This document shows positions 61,101 to 64,000 of a stretch of 64,000 nt of DNA, in pieces. The stretch lies in the NCBI GenBank assembly GCA_012295275.1, contig CM022665.1, forward strand, positions 9,176,001 to 9,240,000. Reading direction: 5' to 3'. Position numbers and translations under genes: made by a program. Under the pieces are notes generated by a model. It was given only the letters and a program-made list of their open reading frames with translations. It had not been told where the DNA came from and did not search any database. This DNA comes from Chrysomallon squamiferum. Lineage: Eukaryota > Animalia > Mollusca. Numbering within the stretch: position 1 is the first letter of the stretch; each line of letters begins with the position of its first letter.

Positions 61101-63898
61101 TAAAACAAATAATCAGGAATATCAGAATAACTGATGAAATACTAGTTACCACTTAGGTGTTTTTCTCTCAATGGTGGTAAACCCTTTTTTCTTCTTTCTC
61201 TTTCTTTTTCTTTAGTTTTTTCTCTATCACGATCACGTGATCTGCAACAAAAAATAAAAATAAAAGTATAGTATACAAAATTGGTCACTTTTAATATAAA
61301 AGCTGTACAAATGATGATTCTGGAATTTATAACTTGGTTATTTATCAAACATAATATAATAAAAAAATTAAAATTAAAAAAAAAAAAAAAAACAAAAATA
61401 AAAAGTGAAAATGTGTCAGGAAAACCATTATTTCTTTTTTCAAATTCTATACAAAGATACATTCAAGTTCAAGGATTAAGAAATTCAAGTATACCTGGAT
61501 CTTCTGTGCCTATCTCTAGAACGTGATCTGCGTCTTCTATCTCTTGATCTAGAACGGGACCGTCTTCTTTTTCTAGGAGATCTAAATCACAGTACAGCCA
61601 TTAAAACTCCAGTTTACAAGAATAGTTCTTTTACAGTTTAATTACCAATAAGTCTGTTGTTGTTTCACAAAATGAATATTCCATCATACATTTTCTACCG
61701 CATACCATTTCTCTTTTCTGTGCAAGCAAATCACATATACTACATGAGCTGTTTAGAAAGACCTATGTAACATAGATAACAATTTAGCTTGAGTGTATAC
61801 CTGGATCGAGATCGATCTCTGTGTGCTCGATGTCTATCATCTTTATCATCATCACGATCATCCAAAGCCTCAACATCTACAGAGCTATCTGGTGCAGGCT
61901 GAGAATGCTCATAGTTGCGATACTGTTGCTGCATTTGCTGCTGAACTGGATCTAGACGCTGCATTCCAATAGGAATGAAACCAGGTGGAGGACCCTACAT
62001 AACAATTTGTTATATGTTAGGAAAGGCTTTGGTCAATTAATTTTAAAAAAATATATTAAACAAAAAATTTCAAAGGTTATTATAAATTAAAAACATCTTT
62101 TTAAAACAAATATCAATCAAAACAAGCAGTTTATCTTTATACATAACCTTTTATGTCTGGTTATTATTTACCAAATTTCACTCATGGTAAAAAACTTTAA
62201 AAAAAAAATTGTTACATAAATTATTAAGAATTAATGCAATAACTTTTTTTAAGATTAGTGACCTGTTTTATTTCTTTATCAAATTCTTCCTGCTGCTGCT
62301 GCAATACTTGCTGGCGCAGCTGTTCCTGGACAGTTATCTCATTTTTCTGCATTGTTTGAGACATCTGGTGTATATGCTGCATTAAATTTGGATCGTTCAG
62401 AATATTCTGAACATTGCTCATAGGAAAACTGAAATAAAACAATGGATTATTTAAAATGAGCTTAAATACAAATACTTTTTTTATTAATGTTTAAATATTT
62501 TTGTTAACATGCTTATTTTGCAAGAAGAAACAATGAAAATCAACAATATTCAAACAAACTTGAATGAAAAACTGTTACAGCTAATTAAGTTTATAAACAC
62601 TTCTTCAATCACACATTGCAGTTCTTTTGTTCTTTTCTCATCATGATTATGGTAACATTTAGAAAAAAAAAGATCATCCAAAAACTGAAGCATTTACTGA
62701 TCTGACCTAAAGAAAATTACCTTTGTTGCATTCCCTGAGTTCCCTCTTTTTTATCATCTTCATCATCACTTTCTCCATAATCAAAATCTAGTAGTTTCTG
62801 AAAAGCAAAATCAGTCCATTTTTAAATACATTCTGACATCAATGAAATGTTTTGTTTCTGTTCAGACAGGTGGAGGTATGATTGACAAGGACACGCTACC
62901 TGAGCATTTGAAAGGTATTTTGTTTGAAACTGTGCATCTTACTAATGTTGTAAATGAATCTGTAAAGCAGTTAGAGGCACGTAAGCCTACATATTATATC
63001 ATACAAATATTTTTTTATTGCCTATTTTACTAACTGTTGCCTCTTGTTCAAAAAAACTCTCTAGCAATAAAAAGTACAATTCGAAATACAGATATCTTAC
63101 TTTATTAAAACCAGGTTCTGGTGGTGGGTTGTCACTAACAGCAGCCCCAGTCTTGCTAAGAAGCTGATTAGTTAGTGTCTGTATCTGAGCCAATAAGTTG
63201 CTGTCAATCACTGGCCCTGACTCTTGAGGTTTCTGCATCAGTTCAGTTTGCTGCATTAGCTGCTGCTGGAGAATTTGCAACTGCTGCAACTGATGCTGCT
63301 GGGCACTTAAACTTGTTATACCTTGCTGTTTACAAAATAAATTAAACACAAACTGAAATATTGAATGCAAAATTTAACAGATATAAAAGTAATTCCATTT
63401 TAAGTACCATTTTAGTTTTATGCTAAACCCTTACAAATTTAATGGAAATATAATTAGATGTCTAAATTTTAACAGTTTTATTCTACTTAATATTTATATT
63501 TAGGATTATAGGACGGACAAAAATTTAATTTACAATCTTGCATTTTCTACAAACACAATTTCAAACATTTCCATAAGTATGGCACCATGCAATTTTCGCC
63601 CTTTATTAGATAAAAGCTATTTCAATAAATGTTATTTATGTTTGGATATTTATCTGTTATTTCCTAATTTTTAAATGGTTTTATTTAAAATATGTAACAC
63701 TAACATTGATAAAACTTACATCATCAGTCTGTTGTAACAGTTTAGTTACTGTTGCCAACATATCATTCTGTGTAGCGACAATGCTCTCAGCAGTTTTTGA
63801 ATTGTCAACATGAGATTTATCAGCTGCTATACCAGATTGTGATGCCGAACCATGAGATTTTGCCTGAGCATTAACAACTCTTTCAACAGCTCTCTGTG
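55982..63898 (-). CDS. SCAF8: SR-related CTD-associated factor 4/8 gene; 13 exons in the window, the CID-encoding 5' part lies beyond the window end
   Basis: FNKKLLDFDYGESDDED, RS tract, ERERRKKGLPPLREKHLSVCTTTLWVGHL (RRM), LIPPRGCAYV, VSWAQGIGVK..YKDMWNVDHGVTYIPWSKL..GGMIDEDTLP, Pro/Gly/Met-rich and RD-rich tail. Probably co-orthologous to SCAF4 and SCAF8. Confidence 0.92.
58226..58416 (-). CDS. SCAF8: SCAF4/8 exon
   Basis: tag|.VVPVMPQMGVMPPMMMP...GGAPPTSQ|gtcagt. Confidence 0.88.
58693..58809 (-). CDS. SCAF8: SCAF4/8 exon
   Basis: tag|.MKFGQSEEESHDATPQV...YAGPMP G|gttggt. Confidence 0.85.
59084..59249 (-). CDS. SCAF8: SCAF4/8 exon (RRM end and conserved extension)
   Basis: cag|VSWAQGIGVKNQDYKDMWNVDHGVTYIPWSKL...GGMIDEDTLPEHLK G|gtattt. 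Confidence 0.93.
59414..60206. mobile_element. Non-autonomous Tc1/mariner-superfamily (Tc2/pogo-like) element, about 793 bp
   Basis: TA on both sides; 25-nt TIRs ccatatatacttgtgtacaaggcga and tcgacttatacacaagtatatacgg (3 mismatches); internal gtataagtc(g)a repeats; no transposase ORF. Confidence 0.85.
60250..60360 (-). CDS. SCAF8: SCAF4/8 exon (RRM RNP1)
   Basis: cag|LIPPRGCAYVDYARRKDAYKARDKLDRGIRINGNILK|gttagt. Confidence 0.93.
60742..60842 (-). CDS. SCAF8: SCAF4/8 exon (RRM RNP2)
   Basis: tag|.CTTTLWVGHLTKHTTEEDIRTEIEKYGTVNSVN|gtaagt. Confidence 0.93.
61150..61241 (-). CDS. SCAF8: SCAF4/8 exon
   Basis: cag|.SRDRDREKTKEKERERRKKGLPPLREKHLS G|gtaact. Confidence 0.92.
61495..61581 (-). CDS. 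SCAF8: SCAF4/8 exon (RS tract)
   Basis: tag|.SPRKRRRSRSRSRDRRRRSRSRDRHRRS|gtatac. Confidence 0.9.
61801..61994 (-). CDS. SCAF8: SCAF4/8 exon
   Basis: tag|GPPPGFIPIGMQRLDPVQQQ...HRDRSRS|gtatac. Confidence 0.88.
62263..62428 (-). CDS. SCAF8: SCAF4/8 exon
   Basis: cag|.FPMSNVQNILNDPNLMQ...FDKEIKQ|gtcact. Confidence 0.87.
62721..62797 (-). CDS. SCAF8: SCAF4/8 exon
   Basis: cag|KLLDFDYGESDDEDDKKEGTQGMQQ|gtaatt. Confidence 0.9.
62869..62995 (+). repeat. Inverted 127-nt duplicate of the SCAF4/8 exon-intron junction at 59003-59129
   Basis: Ungapped manual alignment gives 116/127 identity to the reverse complement; translates GGMIDKDTLPEHLKGILFETVHLTNVVN versus GGMIDEDTLPEHLKGILFEIVHLTNVIN. Confidence 0.95.
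63101..63325 (-). CDS. SCAF8: SCAF4/8 exon (Gln-rich)
   Basis: cag|QGITSLSAQQHQLQQLQ...PPEPGFNK|gtaaga. Confidence 0.9.
63720..63898 (-). CDS. SCAF8: SCAF4/8 exon (downstream of the CID)
   Basis: tag|.QRAVERVVNAQAK...LLQQTDD|gtaagt. Confidence 0.85.
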
Positions 63899-63918
63899 CT
63901 AAAAGCAATTAAAAATAA

Positions 63919-63951
<33 letters not shown>

Positions 63952-64000
63952 CATCTACATTTAAAAACACATTTTAGAATATCCAGTGCTTAAATAAAGT

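Noticed and set aside
62842-63033. 63-aa + strand ORF as a SCAF paralogue gene
   Set aside because: It is the inverted duplicated fragment and includes copied intron sequence; not an independent gene.

Overview
AT-rich, intron-rich animal DNA (probably a mollusc or other lophotrochozoan; inferred, not proven), so most short ORFs in the track are spurious. Four spliced genes could be rebuilt by hand with GT-AG boundaries and consistent exon phases. (1) An unconventional myosin of the class X/XXII type on the - strand (17 exons, 26592 to 998, running off the window start), with motor, 3 IQ motifs, an ER/K helix and a U12-type minor intron. (2) A ZNF318-like gene on the - strand (40304 to 30146) whose large late exon carries two compensating frame breaks. 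(3) PNISR on the + strand (42694 to 52886), divergent from ZNF318, with one frameshift and candidate cassette exons. (4) A SCAF4/SCAF8 gene on the - strand (enters at the window end, stop at 55982), convergent with PNISR. The most notable unexplained structures are a 127-nt inverted copy of a SCAF exon/5' splice-site junction in an upstream intron of the same gene, an intronic MITE resembling mammalian Tigger4/MER46, a possible 834-nt exitron in ZNF318, and a perfect 21-bp hairpin in the divergent promoter. No rRNA, tRNA or CRISPR was seen.
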